Shown here one piece after another: positions 53,496-64,000 of a DNA stretch of 64,000 nucleotides. Source of the DNA: Marsupella aquatica (taxonomy: Eukaryota > Plantae > Marchantiophyta). The stretch's first letter is position 1, and the number at the start of each line of letters is the position of its first letter. The position numbers and the translations under genes were made by a program. The stretch is taken from assembly GCA_973895155.1 (NCBI GenBank), contig OZ316899.1, positions 3,679,455 through 3,743,454 on the forward strand, written 5' to 3'. The notes under the pieces are model-generated. The model was not told the origin of the DNA, made no database searches, and saw nothing but the letters and a program-made list of their open reading frames with translations.

Positions 53496-54241
53496 GTATT
53501 AATCCAAAACTCTCCTTGACTGAGATTCAGGGGATACGATAACCGTGACGACATCCCGCGTGTCCTTGCGTCTCACTACGATCGATCGTCCCATTTCAGC
53601 GGAAGATAATAATCGATGTCTCACTTCCCCAATCGGTTTAAGGCTTGTTTAATGTACAAGGTTAATAACGACAATATAAACGAACGTTGAATAATGACAA
53701 ATAAAGTTACGTTAATGGTTTGGACAATGTAAATCAATTGAATTTTGTCGTTATTCAACGGCTGTATTGAACCAGCTTAATTGTCGGGAGTTTAATAGCG
53801 CCGGGCGCTACTTTTGTGAACGGGGAACAACTTGACAATGGAAGCATGACTCTCGACCGAATATAGTACCGCATGGCGAGGAGGATAGGGAAAACTCAGA
53901 TCGTAATAATAGCGCTCGACGCTATCATCAAAGCTTGTACGTTATACCTCTAACAACAGACAGGAAATCCGTGACTCGATCCAAGTATGCACGTGTGCAT
54001 TTAAGTTTTCACAATCGACGCATCTCGGACGTCAATTGCACGATCAAAAACCATTACATCTGAGACGTCCACGGAAATCTGAACGTTCTCACCTCTATCC
54101 TCAAAACCTGGCCGACGAGTCTGCCTCTCACCATTTGAAGTTCTTTGTTCTCATAAACATTTTTTGCGCTCCCGCGTCCGGTTTCATACGAGAAACCTTT
54201 TGTTCAGTCTCGATCATTCAGAGTTGTTTGTTTAAGTTTCC

Positions 54242-54667
54242 ATGGCTCCACCACGAGCTAAGGGGAAGGCACAGGTTACATTTCGAAGCGGTAGTGATGG
54301 AGAGGGCGCTGAGGAGAAGTCTCTCGTGAAGCCTCCTTCTCATTTGAACGTCCCGATCTCGGCGAAAGGGAAAGTAATTGCAAAAACCCGGGTTGTATCC
54401 GCACCAGATGGTGCTCCTCAGGCTAAAGCAGAAGTTCAACCCGTCACGCAGAAATGTCGGGTGTCAAAGGCGGGCTTATCTTTGTCGAACCTGCCACCTA
54501 GACATGAAAAAAGTTCTTCAAGTGAAGGCGAGGATACAGGCGATGATGCAGGGACCCACGACGAGTCGGGGTCCAACGACGACTCCTCCTGTAGTCGGGG
54601 TGGGTTTTGCTGGGGCGTTGGTTCTAGCGATTCCAACGATGATTCGGACGCGTACAAGCCAAGCTAG
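54242..54667 (+). CDS. Low-complexity S/D/K-rich ORF, possibly the first exon of the MULE cargo gene
   Basis: 141-aa ATG-initiated ORF (MAPPRAKGKAQ...) just downstream of the divergent intergenic region. The splice link to 55807 is not established. Confidence 0.4.
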   Translation: MAPPRAKGKAQVTFRSGSDGEGAEEKSLVKPPSHLNVPISAKGKVIAKTRVVSAPDGAPQAKAEVQPVTQKCRVSKAGLSLSNLPPRHEKSSSSEGEDTGDDAGTHDESGSNDDSSCSRGGFCWGVGSSDSNDDSDAYKPS

Positions 54668-55462
54668 TGGGAAGATTAACTGATCAACTGATCCTGGAGA
54701 TTAACGCATGGACCGTCTGATCCTGGAGAACCCAGTAGTCCTGAGTAGATTACCAACCTCATTTGGTGGAGTTTGATGTTGACAGCCACGACCAGTTGAT
54801 GCAGTGATGGTAGAAATGGTAGTCAATCTTTTGCCAGCATGATAGTCTCGGAATCTATTGGGAGGTTACTCTCATGTTGTTACTCAATATTTCGAGACTT
54901 TGTGAAGTAAAGCCAATACCATTAAATGGAGTTTGAATCTATTAGCCATTCCCTTATGCATTTTTCATTATTCAGTTTGTGTTTTTTGATGTTTTGCCTT
55001 ACGGGAATGAGTAAATCTTTTCACCAAATGTCTTTTGAAAGTCTTCGTAATGCTTGTAGTTTTTGATGGAATGGTCTTACCCATGACAGGTTCCATATTA
55101 GCGCTCGGCGCTAGCATTGGAATGCTCAAACTTATGCTTCTAACACCAGATGGATTCTTAAATATTTGTGGATATGTAAGAGTTTGTATTACTCTCTCGT
55201 GATGAGTAACATCGATTTGGATGTGATTTATGATAGCGCCGAGCGCTAATAACGCTTATGGATAAAATGGTCCAAATAATGTCCATTTTGTCCATCTATC
55301 CATGAATTCCATTTGAATTGTGTAAAATATATATGTGTGGGAGATTTGTTAGCGCTCGGCGCTATTGAAATTAGTAGTTTGAATCAGGTAATATGGAGTT
55401 GTTTTTGCTAGCGCTTGGCGCTATCAATAAGGCCAAAACGATCAACGGTCATATTTTAACGG

Positions 55463-55540
55463 TAACACTGAGGATTGCTAGTCACGCGTAACCTTGAGGA
55501 TTGCTGGTCACGCGTAACATTGAGGATTGTTGGTCACATA
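55463..55540. repeat. 26-bp tandem repeat x3
   Basis: TAAC(A/C)(C/T)TGAGGATTG(C/T)T(A/G)GTCAC.. at 55463, 55489 and 55515. Confidence 0.9.
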
Positions 55541-55806
55541 AGACGGTTTTTTGGTCCAATGGTAATCTTCCAAGTGTTCAGATCTGTTGGTGTTACCATT
55601 GAGCAACACTCTAATGTGCTCAAGACTCCATGTCTTAACCTTCTGATTAGGCTTGGCGCTCGTGGGAGAGACGTGATTCTCCTGGACCAGCCTGTTTGAG
55701 CGTGACATTCTATACCTGAGTCTGTTACTCCGTACTGGATCAGGGGCTCTAGGAGAGTTGTACGATATTGTCCGACGTTCTGCTCAACGCCATCACCATC
55801 TCTCAG

Positions 55807-58800
55807 TTGGGTAATACGAAGATGGGAGATAGTCATGCCGGTCATTCCGAGTCCTCACAGTCCTCTTTTTCAGGTTCTGTGTACACCCGTCACGTGACTT
55901 GGTCCGCTGCGTCTCATTCACATTCAAACATTGGCTCAACTCTTCCGACTGCGCGATCAAGAAGGGGGAGAATGGACACGAGTGAGGAAGTTGCTCGAGT
56001 TGATTTTGGTGTTGCTGGACTTTCAATGGACGATTACATTTCCAAGCATGTCTTGTCCTTTGGGAAAGATTTCAGAGGATTGGAGAAGGAGCCTCCACAA
56101 ATACCTCTATGTAGATTGATTCATATGGAAGTGGTGCGGACGTTGCAGAAGCAGAGCGCCTCCATCGACAAATTGAAGGAGTCATTCTGTATTTCTGGAT
56201 ACAATTCGCGCATGGGCATGCTATTTTACGTACAGCCAACGAATGCGGATGGGGTTCCACAGATTTGCACTAATGAGATTAGAGCCACTTGGGACCCAAT
56301 CTGGGTTTCCGAGAATGACAAGTTCGAGGAAGAGTGTGACGCTGATCCTGATTTCAGAGTTTTGAAGGACAAGATGTTTTGTGTCTTCGATGGAAATCAC
56401 CATTTGTATTCGTGGTCGATTGTGACAGCAGAGCATCCGGACAACATTAAGTACCACCCTCGTGTGACTTGCATTGTTTTCAATGGAGATAAAGGTTCCC
56501 TCGTGGAGCTCGAGGCTGCTATGCACGCTGTCTACCAGTAAGCCATTACTCAGGACCTCATTTAATATGACGTACTAGTTCAAGATGGATTTTGGATGTG
56601 ATATTATCTTTGGTGTTTTACTAGCGCCCAGCGCTGCTAATTTACATTTAAATTTTGACATAGGTTGGGACAAGCTGTGGTCGAGCCATCTTGGATTCTT
56701 GATGCCGACAAAATCTCTCATCTTTTATCCCGTGACCTAGAGCACTACAAACCCCTCATTGATGCTACGAGTTATGCTAAGTTTGAAGCCATTCGAAAGA
56801 AGACTCAAAAGGGTTCTTGGTATATACACAAGATGCCACAAGACGCGCTCATCTACATTTTGTGTGAGAACAAGATTAAATCTTACACAAACCAATTCAA
56901 AGTGGACATGGATTTTGTAGCCTCCCAGGGGACTCCGTGGTCCGAAGAGGAGACGCAGAAGAGGCATGAAGCTATGATGAAGGAAGCGACAAAAGACTGG
57001 GCTATCAAAGTAACAAAGATCACTCCATTGCTGCACCCTGATTTTGGTGACTACTTGGCTACATGTGCCGAAATGTTTCCCGTCACAGAGAAGAACAAAA
57101 GAGAAAAAAAGCCCGATACAGTTGTTTGCACTATGGACCGTGCTCGTCTGTTTACTGCAGTTACTTATCTGGATCCGAAGTTAAGGTGTACCCTTCTCGT
57201 TGCCCATTGCACTCCGGAGATTCGGAAACAGTTCTTTCATCCGGCTAGTGTGAACGACGATCCTGTAAAACAATGGTGCCATACCTGGCATATCTGGAAT
57301 TCAGTGGAGGAAATTGCTACTGGATTGATCCTCACCTCGCTCGAGCAGGTTTTGGATTGCATGCCAGATGATCGTCTTGTCAAGTCTGGTTGTGAGTCCC
57401 TGGATGTTCTCATGAAGTCCATTATCAAAGAATTCAAATCATTTGGAGACCTTGTCAAGGCTAAATTTTTCAACATAATGTGGCCATCAAAGTATGCAGA
57501 CAAGGAGGACTACACTGAGCAAACCCAGAAACGAGCCAAGCGATACGTTTACCGTTTCTACATGTGGATGGAGTTGCGATCTCCTGAGGTTTTGTGGGCT
57601 TACCTTGGTGCATTTCAAAAGTGGGTGATTATCAAAGATGGTGACCACCTTGTTGATCTGTATTTGATGTACCCAGTTGAGGGAAAGTTCCCACCTTGCG
57701 CCTTGTCAGAGTGGGAGAGACTCCACTGCCCATGGTATCTTGACACTGACAAATGGGATTTGCCTTTCGACGAGGTGGAGAAAGACGCTTTCATGAAGTT
57801 ATAGAAGTTGCAAATCCCAGCAAGGTACATATCGGAGATGAAGCAGGGTCTTGCGATTGAAGTGGACGCTTCGACAACTGAACTGCAGAAGAAATGCGAG
57901 ACAGTCGTCGTGCATGTTGACCGGAGCCGAAAGCCAAGAGTGAAGGCCAAGAATGAATCTGCAGCTCCCAGTGAATCAACTTGATCGCTTAAAAAACATA
58001 AGTTTGCCTCTTAGGATTCAGTAAAGTATTCCCGCTCTTGTTTGTATGACGTATTTTCCCCCAATTGATACTAGTGCCGAGCGCTATTATGAGAACTAGT
58101 TCCGTTGAGTAACGCCTCTCCGTCTTTCAGGGGGAAGGAAGTCGGATGCTACCGGTGATGTAAAAGAGGACGCTACTCCTCAGGCCTCTGAAGCTAACAC
58201 TGGTGCGGAAAATACACCAGATCAGGGAACCCCTGGGGAGAGTGGAAAGGCAGTGGTTCCAGTGGACGCGACAAGTATGAAGAAGAAGAAAAAGAGAGGA
58301 ACACTTGAGGATAGGCTCGGATCTTCGTCCCGAGATTCAATTGCGTCTACTGGATTGCAAAGAGATGTGGGGAATTTCAAACAAAAGTGTACCTCGACAT
58401 TGTTTTGTGGAGTCGAGTGTTACAGAATGTTTTGATTCCCTGTTTAACAAGGGAGAAAAGCCGGACTGGGTTTCTAATATTGAAGGTTGGGGGAAAGAGC
58501 TGGTGAAGTCTGGGGATCGAGAAAAAGGGGTTGTCCGAGGGGGAAAAGAAAGAGCTTTTGGAGTTGATGCTGGTTTCATATATCTTCCGACTGAGTTGAA
58601 ACCAACACTTGTGGATAGGAAGGTTCCTAAATGGAACCTTCAAGATTATACGATTCCAAGTGCCTTTTTCAGAACAATGGATCCTTTCCTAGCAGAAGAT
58701 GGATTGCTAGCGATTTTGCACAGAGGCGACTATGACCAAGTTTCCGAGGTCATTGCAGCTTGTCAAGATTCATAGAAATTCCAGTGTATCTCGACACACA

Positions 58801-59515
58801 ATGTTGTTATGGGCACTCCAATGTACAGGCCTCGCTCGGATATGCAGGTATGTATAGTAGCGCCTGGCGCTATTCCAAAGTTTCTGTTTGGTGTCCTCCT
58901 TTGGAGATTGACGGCAACGCTAGCGCCAGGCGCTAGTGTGGAATATCCTCTTTGTGAAATGTTTCCGTATTCTCGACGTAGCATCTGATGTTTATTATGA
59001 ACAAAACGTTATTCGATGTGCAGATTTTTACGCTCACTCTCAATGTTTTTGGGCGTGTTTCGTCCAAAGGTAGGGTCCCTAAGGATCCCAAATTTTGGCC
59101 TCTTTCACATATAGAGGATCCTTCAATAACCAATCTCATTGGTTTTCCCGTGCCAAAAAATGATCCTCTGCCGGAGCTTGCGTTCGCCCGGAATTCAAGG
59201 CTACCTGTGGGTTTCATACAGTTCGTTTTAGAATTAATTACCCTCCCTGGGGATATTGTCATGGACTGGACTGTTGGGGCCGGAAGTACATTTGTTGCTG
59301 GAGATCATTGTGGGAGGTTTGTAGTCGGGATTGAAAATTGTAAAGAGTTTCTCGACACTGCCACAAAAGTTTTCTTTGGACTTCTCAAGAATAAAGAGGC
59401 CTCCACGTCCACGCCTCCGCATCGGCAGGTGGGGAGTAAGAAGCAGGACAGACTCCGTGCTGTTCTTAATTTTGATTCTGACGAGGACAATGATGGAGGC
59501 GATGGTACGCAATAG
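55807..59515 (+). pseudogene. ParB/Srx-like domain + beta-class N6A/N4C DNA methyltransferase-like fusion gene, spliced, with premature stops
   Basis: ParB-like: IPLCRL..VRTL..IDKLKESF..GY...VFDGNHH (56389-56403). MTase-like: VDAGFIYLPT..FLAEDGLLAIL, then RLPVGFIQFVLELITLPGDIVMDWTVGAGSTFVAGDHCGRFVVGIE (motifs X-I-II). Introns 56538-56663 and 58848-59023 restore the frame exactly. Stops at 57802 and 58773. Confidence 0.78.
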
Positions 59516-60572
59516 TCCAAAGATGATGGGGCCTCCAAGAAAGTGGTGAACCTCGGGTCTTCTGAATCTGAGGATAGTGAAGAGTCTTCTGAGTAATGAT
59601 CTTCAGCTTCCCTGTTTTTTTTTTCTTTTGAAGTGTGACGTTAGTGTCTCCAACATTCCACCATTTTCCCGGACCCGACTAAAGATATCGGATTCAACTT
59701 TCCAGGTCTGAGTGGAATCTTTGGAAGCGCTTTCAACTACGAAGGAAAGTCGCTAGGAATGCAATAGAAACCCCGGAGAAGCCGTTTGTCTTGCCTTCTT
59801 ATGCAGAAAAGGCAGCTCGAAAAGCAGATTCTGTGAGAATGTTGACTTGGGAAAGCAAAGGCCTGAGGCTAAAAAGGGGCTCTGATAGAAAGTTTACGAA
59901 GAATCCCTATGTCGATGACATCATCCCGAGAAAGTATGTAGACGACGAAGCTGAGTCTACTGATAGATCACAAAGTAGTGAAGAAGAATCAGAACTAGAT
60001 TCGACTGATTCAGAATCTGATGGCTAGCCAGACTTTAAAACTTTTGGGGATATAGATATTGGCTATTTTACAAAATAGCGCTTGGCGCTATTGTGAACAC
60101 ATGTAATATTGATGGGTGTTTATAAAGTGAGATGGACTGTCCACATTGTTTTTTGACTAAACTTTCCTCTGTGAAGCGGACAATCTTAACTTGGGATGTA
60201 TTACAGTTGGGTGATATTAGAATACGACTTCCCCCTTTCCCAATGTTTCATCAATTGGCATCTGATGGTCTTTAGTTGATCTCTGTTTTTAAGTCTGTTA
60301 TTGAGGTCTGTATACTAGCGTCGGGCGCTAGTATACATATGTTTTGGGGGATACTTTTGCATATATCGTTTCGAATGAGGTTTCGGGTATTTTGGACTGT
60401 TTCAGGACTGTAGCGTTGGGCGCTAGTATTACGATGTGTTTCAAAATGATGGATTTTAGAGGTTTCGATCTCATTTTACGAGAGATGTCGGATTAGGGAA
60501 GATTTTTTTGGTGCAGACATTTGCTGCTATGAGCTTTACTGTTTGCTGTTTGCTGTCACCATGAAAAGCCTC

Positions 60573-62269
60573 CAATTTCAGTAGATTTTGCATGCCTGGT
60601 TGCTGCATTGGCAAGTCTTCCTTCCTCGGCCTAAACACCTGCTCGATTGTAGGACTATCGGGCTGGGTCGGTTTCTTTGTTGCCGGCCTCTATTCCAGAA
60701 CCTCCTCTGGTGCTCTTGCCTGTAGGGGAAGTACCGGGGCGAATATCTGACTTTGGGCATACCGGCACAACAGCGGCATATGATAGCCAAGCCGGGACAC
60801 GCTTCCCTTGCCAATCACCTGTTGTTCCTCCTTCAAGATTTTCTTCAATTGGGTGAGGAGGTATCCGTTGTAGTCCCGGCTGGGGTCTGGCCTCTCCGCC
60901 AGGTAAACCTGTGCCTTGCCGATCTCTGGCCTCGACAAGTTGCAATGCATGGTTACCTGCAAGAAATTGATCATCTCCCCAATGTGCGGGTTGGTGCAGG
61001 TGTTCCGGAAGAAGCCATTCTTTGTTGATGGCCCTGGGAACGATTGGAACTCCTTGTCAGGCAAGGTCTTCCTGGTATCAACTTTGGTCTTATTGCCCAT
61101 CGGCAAGCCAAATGCTTTGGCAATCACTCGGGGAGTGAGATAGAAATCCTTCCCATACACCCTTGTGGAATTGGACTTGGGCTCCCAGGATCCCACAAAT
61201 TCTAATAAGTCTGAATCCGGCACCTCCGGCTTCAGCCATGGTAACTTCACAAAGGCTTCCAAGCCGAGTCCGGCCATGAAGCCTTGGTACTTCCAAGTCT
61301 GCATAGCCGTAAAGCATGCATCCTCTTCACATGCAAAGTGTAATTGCACTTCCTCGGGGAGGGTCGCCACCCAGCCTTTCCAGGTGTCATCTCTTGTCGG
61401 AACGACATGGATGGGGTCGACCTCCTCTTCTTTGGCTTCTTCCTGCCTCCTGCTCCCTTGCTCGACTGGCTTCCTTGGTGCCGCCGACCTCGTTCTCTTT
61501 GTAGGGGTGGTCTCTTCATTGATGTTCCCTTTTCTCTTCATAGCGGCTGCCGTGGATGTTTCTTCTAGCACGGTTGCCTTCGTCCACCCCTCCGTGATAC
61601 CCTTCAACTCCCAGTGTATGTCGTTGCAGCGGTTGATGGCTTCCCAGATGCCAACTATTTTGTTCTCACAAAATAGAAGATCGTCGAGTTCGTCGGCAGT
61701 AGGCATCCACAGGAATTTAGTCGTGATGAGTTCTCCTCCTAAGAAGGCAGACTTCTGCAGCTCCCACAGTCGAGCGAGCTCCTACCATTCTCGAGCGGCT
61801 CTCTCCGATTCTTCGTCCTTGTAGGTCCCAATGTACTCAGTTTCCCGTTCTAACAGGCATCCCCAAAAATGAGCAACTTGATTGACGTTGCTCATACCCT
61901 TCTTGAGTTGATTATCGGTATCTGCTTCCACCCCGAGTGCTTGCCTGAGCAGCGGACAGTAGTTGGCCTCCGGTAGTTGTCTGCTTGGTTCGTGCTTGCA
62001 AATGAGCCACCATTCCTTGCGATCAATCCTTACCCCTCCCTGACTGGTCTTCCTTCCCGTTAGTTACCCATAGCCGCCGGCACTTAGCGCGCCCTAACCC
62101 TAATCGTGTTCCCCCCCGATGTTCTTACTTCCGGCCTCGGCTCGGGTTCCATAGCCACCCTTAATTGTTTATATTTTCCATCTTTTTGCTACTATACTAA
62201 TGTGTTTCCAGGGTTTACTCCTTATTTTATCATTTAAACTGGCCTAGTTATTCCTGGCTAGGCATCACA
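60573..62269 (-). repeat. 5' LTR, proximal (5') segment
   Basis: Resumes exactly where 49365 stops and matches 40400-42073. Confidence 0.92.
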
Positions 62270-62490
62270 GGGGACTATCGTGTCAGCCGTTGATCTTAGG
62301 TTGTGTTCCCCTTTTGATCCTCATCTGTTACGGTCCCGTCATTTTCTACTCATACCATGCCCTTTGTTGAATCCTATATATGTAGCGATTAGTATATAAA
62401 TAGCAGGTACATCCATAAGCTAAATAAAACGTTGCATATTGGTAGTGGACAAGACATCACAAATAGACATTGCTCCGTGTTAAAATTAAA

Positions 62491-62871
62491 TTAAATGGAT
62501 GTGTATGTGCTATATGATGCTCCGGTTTTGAAGTGAGTTTTTAGCCCCGGGCAGGATTTCTTGTGGCTATACATACAGCCAAAGTAAAAGGGTGTCAGGT
62601 GCAGAGCACTAAAGTTTTGGAGGTAAATTGCGGAAAATCCCTCGAATGCTACGGAGCACGACAAAATAACTAACCCACAGTCATCACAACTGGTGGTTGT
62701 GCCAATTATTTTTAATGATATAGGCCGTCCGCCTAATTTGAATAAGTAACCTGAAGTAGATTTGCGGTCTACCACACATTGGCCGTATGCATCATCGGAG
62801 TAAGCATGAAAACCAAGTGAATGGATGTGCATTTGGTTGGATTGAGGACCCTGAAATGAAAGGTCCAACAT
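62491..62871 (-). pseudogene. Ty1/copia RNase H remnant
   Basis: YSDDAYGQCVVDRKSTSGYLFKLGGRPIS resembles YxDADW..DRKSTSGYxFxLGG..ISW. Confidence 0.75.
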
Positions 62872-63069
62872 ACCTGCTTGAGGGCACTTTGATGTTCCAT
62901 GGAATAACTTAGGGGAGGGGACCGGATTTCACAAAATCCATATTAAGTGCTCCTAGCATTGCCTGGTACTACCGCTGCCGCGTGTACGTATTCACAGGGA
63001 GGCATCCGTGGAAATTGTTCATGTTCAGGGTTGAGGGTGCATCATGATTTGGGCCATTGCATATTCAAT

Positions 63070-64000
63070 TTGCTTTGTCTTGTCAAAACAAATGAAGGAG
63101 TAGAAGAACTCATGGAATAGATTCATGATGGGGGATCTACGCTTTCGGATCACGACCCACTGGTGATAATAATTGGACTGGGAGAGTGGACGAACAACAC
63201 TCCCCCCCTTGGGGGGGTAGTTTTGTTCAAGGCCGATCCTACAATGGTAAGAAATCAGGAAAATTTGACCGCACTAGAGGGCGCATGGAACATAGGAAAG
63301 GGAGGATGCATGGAGCCGTTGCTGGCTTTCGATCGAGCTAGTAGTAGGATGCGACAGATGTACAGGATGAAATAGAGCTCCCCAAAAGAACGGGCGGAAG
63401 AGACGAGGGTGCTGCAAAATAAGCTACGGGAATGCAAGGAGGCTTTACTGGATGCCCATTCGGAGGATGATCTGAGAACGTATGTCGATGCAGAAGATCT
63501 TTTGCATGTTGCTGAACTAGAAGAAGCAAACATAAGTAGACGTCATGCTAGGATCAAATGGCTGGGTGGAGAGGATGAGACCACCTAGTTTTATTTCGCT
63601 ACAATGAAAGCTAAGAGAAGCAGGGAGGCCATGAGGACTCTATCAACGGAGGGAGGAGGTACTATTACCGAGCCGATGGCTATTCTGCAAGAAGTGGTAC
63701 GACATTGTAAAGAACTGTATGCCCCCCCTCCTCTTACAACCGGGGAGCACCAAGAGCGGCTGAGAGCAAGGAGCACCCTCCTAGCCCACACTAGACATAC
63801 AGTAACCATATCAGATTTGAATAGGATTGAAGCATTGCCCACTAGCAAGGAAATCAAGCAAACTCTCTGGCTACTGCCGTCGGATAAGGCCCCAGGCCCG
63901 GATGGTATGATTGCTGAGGTATACCGGGCCTGTTGGGAGTTTATGGGAGTGGACATAGTTGCCATGATACATGTTTTCTGGCTGACAGGTAAACTGGCTG
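63070..64000 (+). mobile_element. LINE (L1-clade) ORF2 fragment from the end of the endonuclease to the start of the RT region; runs off the window
   Basis: LSDHDPL (APE endonuclease end), ARIKWLG.EDETT.FYF, and KEIKQTLWLLPSDKAPGPDG..AEVYRACWEFMG.DI. Confidence 0.88.

Larger units (their letters stand above)
49689..60425. repeat. Dispersed 15-bp palindrome TAGCGC-N3-GCGCTA, 17 copies
   Basis: Starts at 49689, 51410, 51481, 51542, 53796, 53910, 55099, 55234, 55350, 55409, 56622, 58072, 58858, 58921, 60076, 60316 and 60411. Confidence 0.95.
49366..60572. mobile_element. Mutator-like element (MULE), 11207 bp, degenerate TIRs
   Basis: 9-bp TSD CAATTTCAG (49357-49365 and 60573-60581), single-copy at the paralogous empty site in the 3' LTR (~40400). 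The ends share GTGACAGCAAA at identical offset (nt 14-24). MULE-type transposase inside. Confidence 0.93.
39217..62269 (-). mobile_element. Full-length non-chromoviral Ty3/gypsy LTR retrotransposon; its 5' LTR is interrupted by a MULE
   Basis: LTRs with TG...CA ends, near-perfect TSD GGCGA (39212-39216) / GGGGA (62270-62274), PBS, PPT, and the order gag-PR-RT-RH-INT. Confidence 0.92.

Noticed and set aside
55807-59515. ParB-MTase region as bacterial or phage contamination
   Set aside because: It has frame-restoring GT-AG introns and lies within a 9-bp-TSD-bounded eukaryotic transposon nested in a plant retrotransposon LTR.
49689-60425. Palindrome array as a CRISPR array
   Set aside because: The repeats are only 15 bp, spacing is irregular (59-2254 bp), whole exons lie between copies, and there are no cas genes.
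20420-61824. Antisense ORFs overlapping TE genes (e.g. 20420..20740, 33667..34026, 43987..44265, 61165..61824)
   Set aside because: Shadow frames of the sense-strand coding regions.

Overview
Eukaryotic, almost entirely transposon-derived DNA. TTTAGGG motifs, GT-AG introns and the TE lineages point to a land plant, possibly a seed-free lineage (inference). I recognise no intact cellular housekeeping gene, rRNA or CRISPR array. The window is a nest of elements whose ends can be read from the sequence: (1) a degenerate ParB/Srx-like + FCP1/NIF-like gene (11.8-13.7 kb, resuming at 23.5 kb) split by (2) a 9.85-kb CACTA element (13685-23537, ATC TSD) that carries a SET-domain ORF; (3) a truncated Bianca-like Ty1/copia; (4) a Sola-like DDE transposon interrupted by (5) a 4.7-kb protein-coding solo LTR (30629-35332, ACATT TSD); (6) a full Ty3/gypsy element of that family (39217-62269) whose 5' LTR is interrupted by (7) an 11.2-kb Mutator-like element (49366-60572, 9-bp TSD CAATTTCAG); (8) a copia RNase H remnant and a LINE ORF2 fragment at the right end. 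The best candidate for an undescribed system is the MULE. It encodes a GCM-like/DDE/SWIM transposase and, divergently, an intron-containing ParB/Srx-like + beta-class amino-DNA-methyltransferase-like gene. Its non-coding segments carry 17 copies of the palindrome TAGCGC-N3-GCGCTA, which I did not see outside the element. All domain calls are by eye from motifs; no database search was run. Most copies here are pseudogenised.
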